From assembly GCA_028534125.1 (NCBI GenBank), contig CM052816.1, forward strand, positions 65,970,001-66,034,000: 64,000 nucleotides of DNA. The letters run 5' to 3'. This document shows, piece after piece, positions 62,534 to 64,000 of this stretch. Both the position numbers and the translations under genes were made by a program. Within the stretch, counting starts at the first letter, position 1. The number at the start of each line of letters is the position of its first letter. Source of the stretch: Lama glama (Eukaryota). Below the pieces are notes generated by a model, which ran no database searches, was not told the DNA's origin, and saw only the letters and a program-made list of their open reading frames with translations.

Positions 62534-64000
62534 TCTTTCCAGGTTTTTTGTCCCACAGAAGATAAGAGCTTCTCTCTCTCGTAGCTCCCGTATAATCTGA
62601 TAGCTCCCATACAATAAGACTGCAGACTCTACCCTCGACCAATCACAGTGGCCCCACCTAACAGTGAGGAAGTTTCCCAAAGTAAATCAGGATACTGTTT
62701 TCTAAAGAAAGGAAAACTGAATGCTCGCATGCGTAATGACCAATTGCTTACTAGCAGCACTGTCCTATTTCTTGATGAGATAATAACTTCTCATTGCCTA
62801 CTGACTCCATGACAGATCAATCACAGTTACCTAGTAAATTATGCAGTCTTCCTGTATGCCTGAACTCTAGGCCAGTTACATCTATTTATAGCTCAAAAGA
62901 ATTGCCGAGGCAAAAGGGTCGGGGCCAAAAAACCACATTCCACCAATTATCAAATTAACCATCAGGAGGGCCCACCTTGATTCACAACTTAATTCTTCAT
63001 CCGTTCTTTCTCCAGCCCGTCCCCTTCAACAGTTTCCTCTGTCGTTGCCCTGACAACTAACTACCTCCCCCACAGATCGGTCCTCTCGAACTTGAAGGAA
63101 AACACTAGATGTTTTTTTCCCTCTTAGTTTCCTCTATAGTAACCAGCCAGTGCTTTGTACATGATACACAATTAAGTACTATTTGTGAAATGAATAAAGA
63201 ACGTTTGAGGAAAATTAAAAGCAATCACTCCTCATCAAGAATGAGTTGAGAACCCCTGGAATAGCCTATTCAACAGCTTAGACTGAATTCTGTTCAGTTT
63301 TAGTTTCTAGATTTTAAATAGGAATACTGATTAAAATAATTTCACACTTATTAACCTATTATTACCAGTCAGCCAACTATAAAAATAACTTGGAAAATTA
63401 GGGGGAAAAAACCTGAGTGTTACAAACAGTTCAGCATATTGTCTATGTAGTAAAGAAAATATTTTCTTCATTTTTTTTTCCTGGTAACTAAGGTAACACC
63501 AGGAGAACTCGAGAGCAGACTTGAAGTGGTATCAGAAGAAAGCAGTTAACACAGGTTTACTGACAGTTAGATGGCCAGAAATAATGAGAGGGTACAATAG
63601 AAATGTTCAGTTTTCTTGGCACACGTAACTACTTAATTATCTTATTTCTGAAAGAATTATAACTCCACTGTTATCTAAGTCTACCCTTTAGCCATTTAAT
63701 ATAGCGGTATCCCAGCATCCCTAGTAAAAAAAGGACTCAGTTACTATGATAAACTGGATCCTTTGTAAAAGAATACTGGAATACCAAGAAGTGTTTGTGT
63801 TGTCTTAGTTTATTTTCTGTTCCCTTCCATCTATATAAGAATTAGCACCTAAAAACACCACATTATGGGATTGTAAATAAAATGTTTCCATTGTAGTTTA
63901 ATAAGTATAAAAATAAAAAGCCACTTTTCCACTCTGTCATGCAAGAGAGTGAAATGCTGGGTCATTAGTTAACAGTAAACGTCATTCTTCGTTATTTTTT

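Noticed and set aside
119..62680. Six-frame ORFs (60-185 aa) as protein-coding genes
   Set aside because: No recognisable domains; many start at GTG/TTG or fall in repeats or low-complexity DNA (e.g. 9011..9568, 12564..12971). Only 24136..24372 is recognisable, and it is an L1 ORF2 remnant
62751..62760. TAGCAGCAC, miR-15/16-like 5' end
   Set aside because: Seed-length match only; downstream sequence is unrelated

Overview
This is mammalian (eutherian) non-coding DNA. It is most likely camelid, because it carries two tRNA-Ala(AGC)-derived SINEs of the vic-1 type and artiodactyl-type L1 3' ends. I found no recognisable protein-coding exon, rRNA, true tRNA, known miRNA hairpin or CRISPR array. 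The ORFs supplied look spurious, except one that is a remnant of the L1 ORF2 C-terminus. The window is a mosaic of old repeats (MIR, L2, MaLR/ERVL LTRs, MER5A/MER81/MER63/MER102/MER104-like DNA transposons) and younger insertions with readable target-site duplications (L1 3' ends, SINEs, a MER41-like solo LTR). Between them are repeat-free, motif-dense blocks that look like enhancers or an alternative promoter (about 3.1-3.4, 7.7-7.9, 29-31, 35.8-38.4, 49.7, 59.6 and 62.8 kb). The architecture fits a large intron or regulatory gene desert; I could not identify the host gene. I found no evidence of a new biological system. The best leads are regulatory elements and transposon fossils. Repeat family names come from recalled consensus sequences, not a database search, and boundaries of old repeats are approximate.
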